Assembly: GCA_001687465.1 (NCBI GenBank)
Contig: LVLI01000061.1
Location: 1-55,060, forward strand
Length of the DNA: 55,060 nucleotides
Direction of reading: 5' to 3'
From: Halocafeteria seosinensis
Lineage: Eukaryota
Shown: positions 42,152 through 55,055 of the stretch, piece by piece
Numbering within the stretch: position 1 is the first letter of the stretch
How the letters are laid out: every line of letters begins with the position of its first letter
The notes under the pieces: generated by a model
The model's input: the letters and a program-made list of their open reading frames with translations, nothing else
What the model was told of the DNA's origin: nothing
Database searches by the model: none
Made by a program: the position numbers and the translations under genes

Positions 42152-43592
42152 TTACATTATCGTGCATTGGCCAGGCGGGATTTCTGCAGACGAAACAACG
42201 CTCATTGCCAAGAAGTTAACGTCGACATAGATACAGTGTCTTCTCTACTGAGATTACGTACGGCCCATATTCGGCAATCCAGATCCCATATTAGGTAGAT
42301 TGGGCATGCCATCTTGTCCCATTTCCAAACCAGGAGCCAACTCTTTAATGATTTCAGGAGGTGGTTGTCCACACTCTTGGAGCTGCAAACGATTCGTATA
42401 TAGCTTGAGAAGGGAATTCGCTGGTACAACATAACAAGAGAGCTTCCTTACGTCTTGGATGATTTCCATTAGCTTCGGAAAGTTATCCGGTTCTGTGGCG
42501 TAGGTATCACATAGTCTTTGAAATTGCTGGTACATTTTCCCGTATCTGTGCAGGGCTTCCGAAGAGATCAACTTATAGCGGAGTGTAAATCAGGAGGAAC
42601 AGCACCTATGCAATACATACTTTTCATATTCTTCTTGGGTCAAACCATCCTTGTGAGATGCAAGCCAACTAGGAAACTGTGTGGATTGACAAAAAGAGTT
42701 AAACAGCAACAGAAACAGATAATTTCCCCCTTCAAGGCTTCAGCTTACTCGTTTCGTAATCTCCACCACCGGTTCATACATTATATCCTTGGAGAGCAAC
42801 TGTTTCATCATATTGTCAACTACCGATTGAAAATCGTCTTTCTTGCCCATCTCTTCAAACTCTTTCATGATATCGTTCATAGCCTGTCCGGTAGTAAATA
42901 AATCCGAATCACAATCTAGTCACCTTTTTTTTTTCGACGCAGCTCTAGTTTGCTCACCTCGTCACTCATTTGTTCTCCATTCGACTGATCCGTATCACTT
43001 GCGGCTAATTTTTGCATCATCTGTAATGACATCATTTGAATCAAGTCGGACGTTGGGCCACAACACCACTTTTTTGGTATTTTTTTCCACTTACTTCCAT
43101 AGCTTGTCGAATAGATTCATCAGCATCTTCGGAATCTCCAGTGGGCGCCGCATCGAATGATGTACCTCCTTGGCCATCAGCTACATTGGCGTTCTTAGCA
43201 TCCTGTGTTGTTTGCTCCAATACGGACTTGAAGTCAGGCGCCCGTAGCTGTTTCATCAGCTCTTCAAAGCCCTGTGCAAGTACAATCTCCGATGAATCTT
43301 TTCCACTAACAACTAGTATAGAGTAAATTACATCCTCTCGTACCTGTTCTAGCTGTTCATCGCCCTTTAATGAAGAGTAATCGTACCCTGTTGCAGCTTG
43401 ACCTTGGGCCCCTCCTCGGCTCGAAGAAGACGGCGCTGTGGCGGCCGCTGCTTGCTGTGCATACGTATCGCGCTTCGCAGTGTTATTAGAAGACGTATTA
43501 TATTCAGCATTTTGGTCGTCATCCTCTAAATCGTCCTCCTGGATGTGATATAGGGCTTCTTGGAGGAGGTCCTCCTCGGAGGAGGCGGCCAT
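42152..43592 (-). CDS. PEX19: Peroxisomal membrane-protein receptor PEX19, multi-exon
   Basis: [38 protein letters not shown] and a C-terminal CaaX box CTIM* (stop 42152-42154). Confidence 0.9.
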
Positions 43593-43712
43593 TTTCTTCA
43601 AGTTAATACACGATATATACTAGATATACTCCAAAATGGGTTGATGTATAGTATACCTATATGTTTCAATAGTTTGCCTGGATGTCCAACAATTCATTTA
43701 GAATACCCTACA

Positions 43713-45272
43713 ATGGCAGAAAAGGACGAAGAGCAACCTCCTGTGATCCTCCTGGTGGGTCCACGGCGTGTTGGAAAGACCTCTATACAGCGTGTCGTCT
43801 TCCATAAGATGTCCCCCCATGAGACCCTTTTCCTGGACCCGACCGGAGCCAATGTCAGCACCATGGCCGGGACGGGGAGCGTCCCCGGAGGGGTTACACC
43901 CAACAGTCTCGTGCAAAGCCACCACCATCCCACCGCACAGCACCATCAGGGACGAAGTGGAGGAGGTCCTGCCTCAGCAGCGTCGGATGGAGTGGCCAGC
44001 AACTCCATGGTCGGTGACAGCCAATTCGCAGGGCTCGGAGGCATGGGCTCCCAGCGCCCCGAAGTGTCCTTGATTGCCAACAACCCACTCGTGAAATTTG
44101 AGATATGGGACCTACCGGGAGATTTTGACTTCTCAGGTAAGAAGCATGTGTAGCTGCTCGCTGCTTGTTGTTAACACGCTCGTACGCCTCTGGTTGTGTG
44201 CGAGGTGCAGCGGGAGCATTCTTCCAGAATAAGGTGCATATTAGTGAAGAGGAAATTTTCAGACGAGCAGGAGCGTTGATCTTTGTCGTAGATGCGCAAG
44301 ATCAGCCCAGAGAAACAATCGAGCTCTTACGAGATGTACTCTCTCGTGATGCTTTGCGCAAAGCTCGCGTGCCTGTGGAAATATTCCTCCATAAAATGGA
44401 TGGAGATCTGTTCCAGAGTCACCAACACAAGGCTGGTATGTAACATCTCGTGATACTATGTATGGCAAATGGCTGCATATTGCATGCTGGTTGTTGCAGA
44501 ATGCCAGACTCAGTTCCAGACAGAGGTACATCATAGCCTGAAGGACTGTCATGTGAACATATCATATCATCAAACTTCAATCTACGATCATACAATTTTC
44601 GATGCGTTTAGCCGAGTCGTACAGAGGCTCGTTCCCCATTTGCAAGTTATGGAAAAGCTATTGGACTCATTCACATTGGCTGCGCGAGCGAACAAGGCTT
44701 TCTTATACGACGTTGTCAGCAAACTTTATCTCGTGACCGACTCTTCACCTCCAGGAGACCATACGTATGAACTATGCGCGGATATGCTCGATGTAGTTGT
44801 AGATGTGTCTTGTATCTACGGCCAAGCACAAAGGGGTTTTACCCGTACTCGAGCAAGCACACTTGGTCCTCAAACTCCTGAAGAAACAACAGATTCAGTC
44901 GAAGCTGAATTGGAAATAGAACCAGAGACCTATGCATTTGATGATAACAGTGAGGCGTGTATCCGCTTGGGAGATGGAATGGCCCTCTATCTTCGCGCAG
45001 TGGTGCCGTATATTGCGCTTGTCGCGCTAGTGAAGGATGAAGTGCCTACAGCAGCTGAGACTAACAACCAGTCTTTCTGGGGAGCTGAGGTATCGGACAC
45101 AGCAGGAGGACAGAATCAAATTCTATCACAAGAAGCTCTCGAGATGGGAGTACGGGATAAAGGGCTACTAGAGTATAACGTTAAAGTACTGAAAGATGTT
45201 TTAAATCGTTTATTCTTCAATGAGGGAACGGAACATAAGGAAAAAGCAGATACTGATGCTGACAACTTATAG
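43713..45272 (+). CDS. RRAGC: Rag GTPase RagC/D (Gtr2), 3 exons
   Basis: [93 protein letters not shown]. Confidence 0.93.
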
Positions 45273-45437
45273 CCAATCCTTGTGGTGGACAATATAAATG
45301 AAATGCCAAAGACACGGCTTGCATCGATTTCTCGAATGAGGCAGAAGCAGAAACGTTAGACGATAGCTGAACGGCTTTCCTTGCGGGTCCAATAATTTCA
45401 ACACAGCCTCTAATAGACGATCATAGTAGACACAGTA

Positions 45438-46513
45438 TCAAAACTTGGAATTCACTCCCATGTAAGAGCGGGGATCTCCCTGTCGAAAATCGTTATGTCC
45501 GCCAGGCCCAAGCGAGTCGATATGGTCTGCGAAGTTGACTGATAGCGGTGGCGTTTGGCCCTCGTTGTAAGCTGTAGTACGGAAGATAGTGGCATTAAGT
45601 GTTCAGCTCCACCCATCACAAAAAGAGTCTGGGATCTTTACATACATTGCTGGAAGGACGCTGGAAGGTTATCCATGTAGGCTTCTTGCGAGCCTATAGC
45701 GCCATACTCGCTTACTGGTGGATGATAAGGGTATTGCTGATGATACCGCGAATCATTCTCGCTGCTGCTCCTTCTTCTGTTTTTCCTTTTTGACTCGACC
45801 CCCTTTGACTTCTTCTTTGTTGCCGCCTTACCATCTACACATACATCCTTCTTTCCTATCCGAAGACATCGGTCACATGGTCGCTGCAGCCAATCAGCAA
45901 ACAACTTACTGCAAGAGAAAATCGATTCCTAAGACAACACTGTACGTACCCCTCCATCACATTTTCGCTTTCCTATTTCACAGGGGCGACAAGCCGTTCC
46001 ACTTCGATTCTTATCACGGCGCTTAGCTTTTCCTTCGGCGGAAATCGTCGTACGCTTTCGGTCAGAGGATGCGGCATCTGTCGTTATATTTTCCTGTGTC
46101 GATGCAGCTGCCGAGCCACTGCTATATTCTCGACTTTGAGGTGGCACAAAGTAAGGCTCTTCCATCATGTTATCATCGACTGCTAACTGGAAAGACTGGT
46201 ATAAGTTCTCATTAGGTTGTTCAGGTTTGGCCCGTTTGGAAGCAGGTTGCTCGTGCTCAACATCGATACCACCTTGCTCATGAAGCGAAGCTGGGTCGTC
46301 CATGGAGTAAGACGGTACTCCTAGAATTGCAGAATCAACATTTTCTCCAAATGCACTTGGTTCCAGGAACCCTTCAGCTCCTAGCTCGGTGGAGACCGGT
46401 GCTGTTTCCATCGCGTTCGTCCCTGAATGGCGCTTCTTCTTGTGGCTTTTGCTCCTTTTCGACTTTGAGGAGCTTCGTCCTTCGCTGCTTCGCTTATGCT
46501 CACTTCCCGGCAT
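45438..46513 (-). CDS. Zn(II)2Cys6 binuclear-cluster transcription factor, 3 exons
   Basis: Splicing the intron at about 45949-45885 gives CRPCEIGKRKCDGG/RPCDRCLRIGKKDVC (C-x2-C-x6-C-x5-C-x2-C-x8-C), preceded by a basic segment. Start uncertain. Confidence 0.82.
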
Positions 46514-48161
46514 CGTCCAATTCTCCTGTGGTTCCCAAGGTACAAAGTCGAAAATGTCGTCGTCCACCGTCCTCCCTCAGACGGGGGCAAACTCCTGCGC
46601 AACTGCACGGGAAATAAAAACCAGCCGCCAAAGCCCCCTGATGATATTCCTTCTCCAAAGTGAAGTGAAGGAGGAAAAGGGATTCTCGTCGTCTTTTCCG
46701 CAATGGTGGCCTTGCCTTCAAATTCTTCTTTTTCGTCGCAGCCCCCTCTGCTTTCCGCTACGGAAAAGGAATCCAACGTGAGGAAAGCGGGAAGGGGAAT
46801 GACAGGTGTGTCACCTGTGGAAACGAGCAAACGAGAGATTGAAATAAGAACAAGGGTCATCAATGCAGAAAAAATGTGTATAATCAGGCAAGCAGAAAAA
46901 AGGCAGCTCCTCTCCAACGGCCTCACTGTGCCACATGGATCAGTCCCCCCTTTCGGTTCCCCTTTAGAGAGTCCCACTGTCTTTTTGGTGCTCCCCTTTG
47001 TCGTCCCCTGTACAAGGATAGTTGAAGTTGAAGTCCTGAAGCGAGGAATCGAAACCTGCAACGTGTTCACAAGTAGGTTAACCGGAAGTCTTGAGAGCAG
47101 GCATCGAAAACTTGTCGTTCATTGGAAGTACTAGAGAGTTTAATTTACGAGAAAAGAACCCACAAGCTAGTGAAAACCAAAATACGAGGGTGCGAATGAA
47201 CACTGTGAACAGCAGTCTGAGAAGTTCAACAGGTTGGTTGGAAGTTAAGGGTTAAAGTCATGACTTACAACAGCGCGGCAAGGTGATACTAAATCTGCAG
47301 AAGAAATTAAGCGTGGATGTTGCATTCGACCTGTGAGAGGTCGGCACTCGGGAGCTGAGATTTGGACAATGAGAAGAAGCTGCCTGGAGTATGTACGGTA
47401 TGTGCGCAACTGCTTAAAGTGTAAATTGCTCCGTCTCAAAGTTACAGTGACGTTCATGTTTGATCCAGCTCTGAGACTGATTGATTAGTGGTCGTTTGAA
47501 CGAATAGTAGTTGTTTCTAACGTCGTGCTCTTTCGCTCGCTTACGTTGTGGAAACCGCTTCAAGAATACTTTGAAACAGCAGACTCTGAGACTAATTCAC
47601 AGTCTTGCGGGAAAGGCGCACACCCCGTCGTCGTAGTGATCAGTAGGCATATCAGCGGCATTCCTGTTCTCTTTCTTGGAAGTGCAAGCGGCCTGGTATT
47701 GGATAGTCCTCTACCCCTGGACGACGACCTCCTCGAGGAAAGGAGGTCTGTCTGAGGCATCTACGCAAGGACGTAAGATCCTTCACCCTAGGGCTCATTG
47801 TTCCTAAAGTTTAGGTGTGCTCGTCGGGCCGCGAGACAAGTTGTCGCCAGTTCTTGTTGCGACCGGTGCAAGCCGTTGACTGAGTCAACCAAGTCTTTCA
47901 ACCTGAAACGAACAAAATGTGCTGTATGTAAAACTAAGGGAATCGCTATGTTTGTCTACTTTCCGCTGTATGCAATTCATTGAATGACATTTTGATGGTT
48001 CTGTGAATTGGTAAGTTTATCGCATCCCTGCGACGAACGAGCGCGCGTTTTCTGTATCCTCTTGCCGGTATTTTCGGTGCTCATCATTAACGAGATAGAT
48101 ATTGCCAGTTTGTAATTGTTTATTTTATGTGGGTATAACATTGCAGAAAGTTGGGAGCGAA

Positions 48162-50341
48162 ATGTCCAAGCGAACTCCTCCGGTCCAACAAGGCCCTTCC
48201 GCGGCCGCCAAGAATCCGGTGGGAGCTGCCGGTTATGCCGTGTTGCAACAGAGTGCTGGCCCTGATAATGCATACATGCTTTCCGCCACTGGCGGGGACG
48301 CGAGTGGACTGGGTGTATCAGGCCCAGCGCGAAGTCAGAAACAAACAAGTTCTACGCGCCGAGCACCAATGCACCAAGCAGCCTGCACATTGGATGGACG
48401 AGAATTGAGCCGTATCAAGCAGTTAGCTAACTCGCCTCCACCCAAGGCACAAGCGAAAGACGCGCCGATGGATGCTGCAGCGACAGCGGCGAAAAACGAA
48501 CAAAAACTGAAGGAGGCCATGGGAAACGTGAAAAATGCAACGAAAACAATTGGCCGTGAACGGCAATACCGGCCTCCTCAAGCGGTGTACCGCAAGAAGA
48601 AAATGAAAAAACTGGAGATGCTGGGACACGCCGAAGCCGCCCGCGATGCTGCACGCGAAGAAGGAGAATTATCGCGAGCAGATAGAGAAGAGCAAAAGAG
48701 AATGGAACAGGAGGAGAAAGTTAACCCAGCTCTGAAATATGCTCGTGAGCAGGTAGGTCGCTTTGGTCGACAGAGAATGTTTGGTCGCTATCACTCGCAA
48801 GTGCTACTTGATAACAGGAAATGGAAAAGCTGGAAGAAATACAGAAAATGAATCAACAAATGAATCGTGCGGAAAATATAGAAGTGCGGCAACGCCAGGT
48901 ATGAGTTTGGAAGCACCAATACTACAATACTAGCTGTAAACTGGTGTTTTACCTTGGAATTTCTTCTGACATTAACACAGATCGAAATGAAACAAAAAGA
49001 AAAGGAAAGGCAGAAACAGGAAGATATGGCGTTTTATGAAGCGCAACGAGAAGATCAGTACAGGTTGATTGAAGAAAATGAACGAGAGAAGAAACGCCAA
49101 GAAGAGAAAAAGCGGAAGGCGCGAGAGGAACTGGACAAACAAATTCAAGTAAGAGACCTATACTGTGGCAGATCCCCGTAAGACCCACTGTTTGAAGAAG
49201 AAAAACTCCCGTTATTTCAGGCAAACGAGCATCGGCGAACACTGGAAGAGGAAGAAAAGGAGCTGGAGGGCCAACGCATGCAAGCTCTATGGCAAGAGCA
49301 ACAGCGCAAAGAGCAGGAACAGCGACAGGTAGGTTTTTCACTAAAATTCAGCTTCCCCATGATGCGTTTCCTTAGGGGGTAACCAAGCACTTGGTCTTAC
49401 AGAAACGGATGGAGGAAGGTCGACAGCAAAGGGAGGAACTAAATAAGGCGAATCAGCGATTCCTGGAAATGCGGAAGCAGAAGGAAGAGGAAGATCGTCT
49501 TCGGGACAAAGAAGCATTGAGATGGATGGTGAAAAAAGTATGAGAGACTTTCTTGAAAGCAGTGTGTCCTTCGAGCATTAGTTTTGCATTCTCTGCTACT
49601 TGAATGTTCCCAGGAACAAGAAGCTGCGGAGCAACAGCGGAAAAAAGAAGAGGAAAGAAAAGAGAAGGAGCGAATCCAGAAGAAGATGCTGGAGGAGCAA
49701 GAGCGGATAATGGATACTCGAGCTGAGGAAGATGAGAAGCGTGCCAAGCAGCACCAAGAGCAAAAAATCCTGCAGGAAAGAGCCGAAATGCGTAAGTCGC
49801 TCACTGGGACGACGGTTCTTGTTCAATTTCCACTTTGTTATTACCATGGTTTTATACTTGCAGAAAGAAAGAAGAAAGAACAACACGAGCTGATGAAGCG
49901 CGTTATGGAGGAGCGCGAACGACAAATGCGCACAAAAGAGGCCATGAAAGAGGAAGAAAAAGCCGTGGAAACGGAGCAGCTGCGAGCGTTGAGTCGCGAC
50001 CAGCGAGAAGCCGTAAGTGCAGCACCAGGTTTCATCCAGCAACGAACCCTTGAACGTCACCACGAATTGCTCCCCTTTCCCAGATTGAGAGAGAAGAACG
50101 CGAACAAAGGGCGAAGAAGAAGAGTAACCAAGTTAGCAAGCAGTTCTTGGAGCTCCAAATTGACCAAGAGCGCGAGAGCAAAGCCGAAGAAAACGCGATG
50201 AAATATAAAGAACGCCAGGAAGTCCGCCGCCAAGAGGCAAGAAGACAGCATCTTCTTGAAAAGGCAAAAGAGAAGAAGCTAAAAGCTCTTTCTGATCGTG
50301 GCGTTAGTGAATATTCTCAACGTCTTGCGCACCTCAAATAA
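48162..50341 (+). CDS. CFAP45-like trichohyalin-plectin-homology coiled-coil axonemal protein, multi-exon
   Basis: E/R/K/Q-rich exons joined by GT-AG introns. KMNQQMNRAENIEVRQRQI and C-terminal LEKAKEKKLKALSDRGVSEY resemble CFAP45. Confidence 0.7.
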
Positions 50342-50366
50342 AGAGGACGAAGTCGCATCCATCACC

Positions 50367-51713
50367 TCAACCATCACGTGAGTAGTATCTTCCATGCACG
50401 TTAATCCATGCGCTGTATGTAGAAATCAGACTGGCAATGAGCCCAGATAGCCCCATATAGAAGTTACCCAACTTCCTCTCAGAAGAAATATACCGCAGCA
50501 GCTCCGTGCGACTAAAAGCAATAATCCAATTAGCGCTATTCTGTTGGCCGAGTAAAGATATAGACATGTGCGAATCGCACTGCAAAAAGCGTCTGTGGAA
50601 TCATGGAACGTACCTTTATAAGTGTCATGATGAGCACCCGAACTCGTTCACGCTCTGCCTGGAGCTCCTTGGATAGTTGTTTGTGTTTTTTGCTATTGCT
50701 TCTGTGGCTACTGCTCCGAGAAGATGATTTCCTCTCCACTGAGCTACCAAACGTAACTCGATTGGTGCCACGTCGATTGTATGAGTCCGGCTGCCGGTCT
50801 GATTGACGTCGTCCCGCCGTAGCTGAACTCGTCACGTCATGTGCTTCAAGTATCTTCTCTAGATTTTCTATCTCTATTTCGTATTCTTTTATAGTTTTCA
50901 ACGTTCTTACAAGGTCAACAATGCAAACGAAGATTGCCAAGGATAGCCCGATAGTTCTGCGGGGAACAGTCTCCGTGTCTTAACGTGGACCAGGGAAGTA
51001 TCCCAGATGTGCGCACTTACTGAAACGATGCCGCTTGACGCTTGAGCTGCACTCGACTCGACCTGCTTTGCGCCATCAGACCGGAGTCCATGAGAAATAG
51101 TACAGAATCCAAAACCGAATGGAAAGCTAGAGAACCACTTGATACTGCCATCACCGAGCTTCGCAATGACACGTCTTGCTGCACGGTGCGTTTCCGAAAG
51201 AAGCGAGGGGGAAATTCAGGTTCAGTGTCGGCGAATAAATACAGTTTCTGTTCAGTTCTGAACTAGAACGGCAAAAATTACCTTGTAGATAATGCTTCGT
51301 AGTTTCTGTATATAATTCAACGAAGTCCCCAGACGATAGGTTCGAGTGGCTCGAGCCATGTGGATCGACAACCACCGCATTCTGCATGCCAATGGAATGC
51401 AATGAACTCATGTATTTTCTTAGCTTATTGTAGAATAGCGAAAGGGTTTGTAGAGGTTAAGACAGCGCTAAACGCCCTTGTTGTGGCTCCAGTGGCTTAC
51501 CTCTTTGCAGCCTCCTCATTCTCCAGATTTTCAAAATACGGGACCAGTATCAAGCTAAGGTATTGCAAAGTCTGCAGTACCCAACAAGGGATTTGATAGA
51601 GCATATTTATAGTATCGAAGCGGTCTATTCCAAAAACTACGAACCTGGTTCACAGCATCCCGGCCCTCTAGAGTCCCTAGCACCCGTATAATATCTTCAT
51701 ACGACCACACCAT
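50367..51713 (-). CDS. PEX11-family peroxisomal membrane protein, multi-exon
   Basis: VLGTLEGRDAVNQ/TLQYLS (GRDK..QY-like), MARATRTYRLGTSL (R..R.G) and C-terminal MGLSGLIASLISTYSAW. Confidence 0.72.
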
Positions 51714-52418
51714 CGTTTTTTGTTGAAACTCGGAGATAGGCGCATATGCTGAGTCTAACAAAGTGCGTAAAGAAGGGAGGAACACAGTGTATAGACGGAG
51801 TAAAATTTTGTGAAGATGATGCGACCGCTAGTCTAGCCTACTGTCTCAGACTGTCTGTCTAGGCTGCATGCAGCTTGATGCTGTTGCATTGCATAACCGC
51901 AGGGCCTCGATAAGCATGCTGTGAGAAAATGTACGTGTGTGAGTATGGTATATGGCTCGACTTTTGAAGTGAGTGAATAGATACAGGCCAGTGGTATGTG
52001 GGATACAGAACGGTACGTTCGCGTTTCCGCTTCCTAACGAGCTCGTTGGTGGTAGCCCCACTTGTTTGGTGTACAAGCGGGAAGCAATGTGTGGATTAAT
52101 ATGAAACCGTTACAAATGGAGTGTGGAAGTGGGAGTTGGCTGATGGAGCTGAAGAGCACCTTGGCGAAAATTTTCGCCCGCAGGTCCGGAGAATTGCGAA
52201 AATCCCGAATCAAGTTTCTTCGTATGACAAATACCACTCCACGACTTCAGCAATGGCACACACATCGTTCCACATATCCGCATGACCTACTTATGCCAAC
52301 TCTGGAGTCTGTAGCCACGCTCCGTTGAATTGAACTTGGTTTTAGGCCTTTGAAATTTGAAGGTGCAAACTCCTTCCAGAAATCTTCCTGTAGCGTCTAA
52401 CATCCAGCTGCCGGTGGG

Positions 52419-52454
52419 CACACACACAAATGCGACAGATAGCCCACCCGCCGG
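52419..52454 (+). repeat. (CA)n-anchored dispersed motif, second copy; a further (CA)n tract at about 52550-52577
   Basis: 34/36 identical to 26078-26113; lies just 3' of the hAT transposase relic. Confidence 0.85.
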
Positions 52455-52668
52455 TGGGCCATCAGTCACATCTTCGTCGTCGTGTAGCGTACAGTGTAGG
52501 GCGTGGCCCATTAGGTACAACCTTTTTTTTGCGTGCCACCCTGGCAGACAGACACACACACACACACACACACACACCCTGGCAGTGCCACACCCGCCCG
52601 AAACATTTGGCATGCCAGAAGTTTCAGCCGGCAGCAATCGTACTCGTCTTGTGGTTTTCCTTCCTTCT

Positions 52669-53630
52669 TTATTTTCTTTCCTGCTCCGCTGCCTCTTTGG
52701 GGCTAATTTTAGTAACCAGAGGATGGGTTAGGTCAACCACATCTTCCGGGGTAAATTTAGCACGCTTAGTCACCCCTTCAAGAATGAGCGCAACGTTTAT
52801 TTCTGTACCCGTTTTGCTTGAGTCCGTGAACGCCTCTTCATTGTCGGCTCCGCTGCTGTTCAAAAAAGATGACTTTGCCGAAGCCGACTAGCTGTTAGAC
52901 GACAAATCCGAAGATCCCGCCGATGATTCATTGCTACACGGCGGTGGCTCTGTCTCGGCTGATAAATTGGAGGACTTGGACTCCGATTGATTACCGGTAT
53001 CATATATGTATCGCCAAGATAGACTTGTCACTGGCTTCTTCTATCGCATCTTTAGTCACATAGAAGAGCTTACATTGAGCAAGCATTTTCAGTTTCTCAG
53101 GTTTCAGACTGCTTCGTGAGTCTGTGTATCGGGCCGAGGTGGCTGAACAGACGCTCAACTTCGACGCTAGTCGGCTTTTCTTTGAAGAGGTTGAGAGCAA
53201 TTGCGCGTAGAGGACCGCCCTCTCTTTCATCAATTTGTTCCCGCTATGTAAGGGCGTCATACTGCCACCACTTTGCTCATATTTTCCATCCATTTCTGCA
53301 TGACATTGGAAGTCACATCGACAAGCCTTTCGGAGCTGTGGTTGTACTTCGAAATATCGAGGACATCTGAAAGGCGGGGATGTTCACCTATCTTGCCGAT
53401 GGTGTATCCACAGTAAGCTTCTTCGTTTTTCGTCACTCCAACCATCAAGCTGCAAAGTGTATCCTCCATCGCTTTCACGGATATCTGACCACGTTGTACC
53501 TGCCAGATTCTGGCGTGCTCGGTCTGCAAGATTCCCGGGTCCATCGTTTCACGTGATATTTATGCGTATGCAGGTCGGAGGTGGGATAAAAACTCTTTCC
53601 TTCTTGAATTGCGGAATACATTGAATGGAA
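52669..53630 (-). pseudogene. hAT transposase C-terminal relic (dimerisation domain)
   Basis: Minus strand reads AKWWQYDALT*...PLRAIALNLFKEKPTSVEVERLFSHLG, then a frameshift to YTDSRSSLKPEKLKMLAQCK. This is the WW...L..IA....P.S...ERxFS...R..L signature. Confidence 0.8.
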
Positions 53631-53639
53631 TCTTGCAAG

Positions 53640-55055
53640 CAGTGTTGTGATTTATGTGGGGTTCGAGGTGTGGGGTTTTGTGTGGGGTCACCCGAAAATG
53701 TGGATGTACAATGAAATTTTGTGTGGGGTCAACGTCAAAAAATGTGGGGTATGCAACAATTTTCCACAAAATTGTTGCCGAAGCAAGAAAGAAGCCTGTA
53801 ATGCAGCCCATTCAGATTCTTTGGGAGGCTGATATACATATTGACAAACCCCCTGTCGACGGAGACATCTAGTTCGCGACAAAAACGTCCATGGAGGTCG
53901 CCTATGTAACTCGAAGTCCTCTTGTTTCATCGCGATGACATATAAAGCAAGTTCTACAAAAGCTGATGCAGCTGTCTAAGTGTCTACGAGATTCTTAATT
54001 TCCTTCAGTGCTTTATGGGAGTATGTCAGTTGCTGAACATGCCGTCAGAACTTCTCCGAAAGCAGGAAACACTAGTAAACGTAAGGGAAACCCTACAGTG
54101 CTCACAGTGAAGCCGATTATAAGAGGTATCTGCACTTTTCAAAGCATCCGATGTTGTCTTCCTTGTGGGCAGATAGATTAATGATTTGCTGTTTTGCATA
54201 TGCTCGTTATACTGTTTCTCCCATTTTCTCAGATCATAAAAGTATCTGTACCTCGACGTGGAATTGTGTGGTAGGATACTCCAAGTACTCACACTACTCG
54301 CGTCCAAGTCAATAATACATTTTCTAGGTATTTTCTCACCAGTGTAATATAGTTAACACCAATTGCTCCGTGTGTGCACAGTTGACGAGCCGATCATTCG
54401 TCAGTCCACATCTTCCAGGGGAAATTCTGAGTAGGAAACGGGTCCTCGAGGCCTTCATGTTAGCCCACGATGACACATACTGAACTCTTACGCTGTGATT
54501 TGTCTTCACTATCCATGAAAAGCGTTATGGAAGAGTATATGTATCCTGAAATCCGAGAATTGCACCCCGAACGCTTCCAGCGTCGCGTTGTCCACGTGGA
54601 AAATTTCGGCGGTTAGGCCTACATAACTTCACCGTCACTGTGAATAATGACACAAATTCCATACTCATAATAGATTAGGACACTTCCAATATAATGGTGA
54701 TTCCAGAATTTCCATTTTCGTCTTTAAATATTGTATTATCATCGTCTTCTTGTTGAAGGGTACGGTCTGCAGTGGCGACCTCCGCCTCTCCGGTCCCTGC
54801 TATACAAGCAGTCGCTAGCGCAACATGACCAAAAATGGTCCCAAAAGACGTATTTATCTATACTGTAATCTAGAATCCAAGGATATATCATTACAATGCT
54901 TGTAGCACTATATATATGGCTCTACAAGTTGAAATTTGCTGGAGGAAAATTAACGGTCTCTTTTGGAATTGTGTGGGGTCGAAGCTGAAAAATGTGGGGT
55001 TTACCCCACATTTTTGTGTGGGGTCAAAGTGCGGAACACCAAAATCACATCCCTG
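53640..55055 (-). mobile_element. Non-autonomous/internally deleted hAT-like element (about 1.4 kb)
   Basis: Imperfect 14-bp TIRs CAGTGTTGTGATTT (53640) and CAGGGATGTGATTT (reverse complement, ending 55055). Clustered TGTGGGGT subterminal repeats at both ends; internal BED-finger-like RLHCEHCRVSLTFTS. No matching TSD in the visible flank. Confidence 0.7.

Noticed and set aside
46600..48100. Several 60-230 aa ORFs between the Zn-cluster gene and the CFAP45-like gene
   Set aside because: No motifs and no coherent splice model; probably UTR/promoter sequence.
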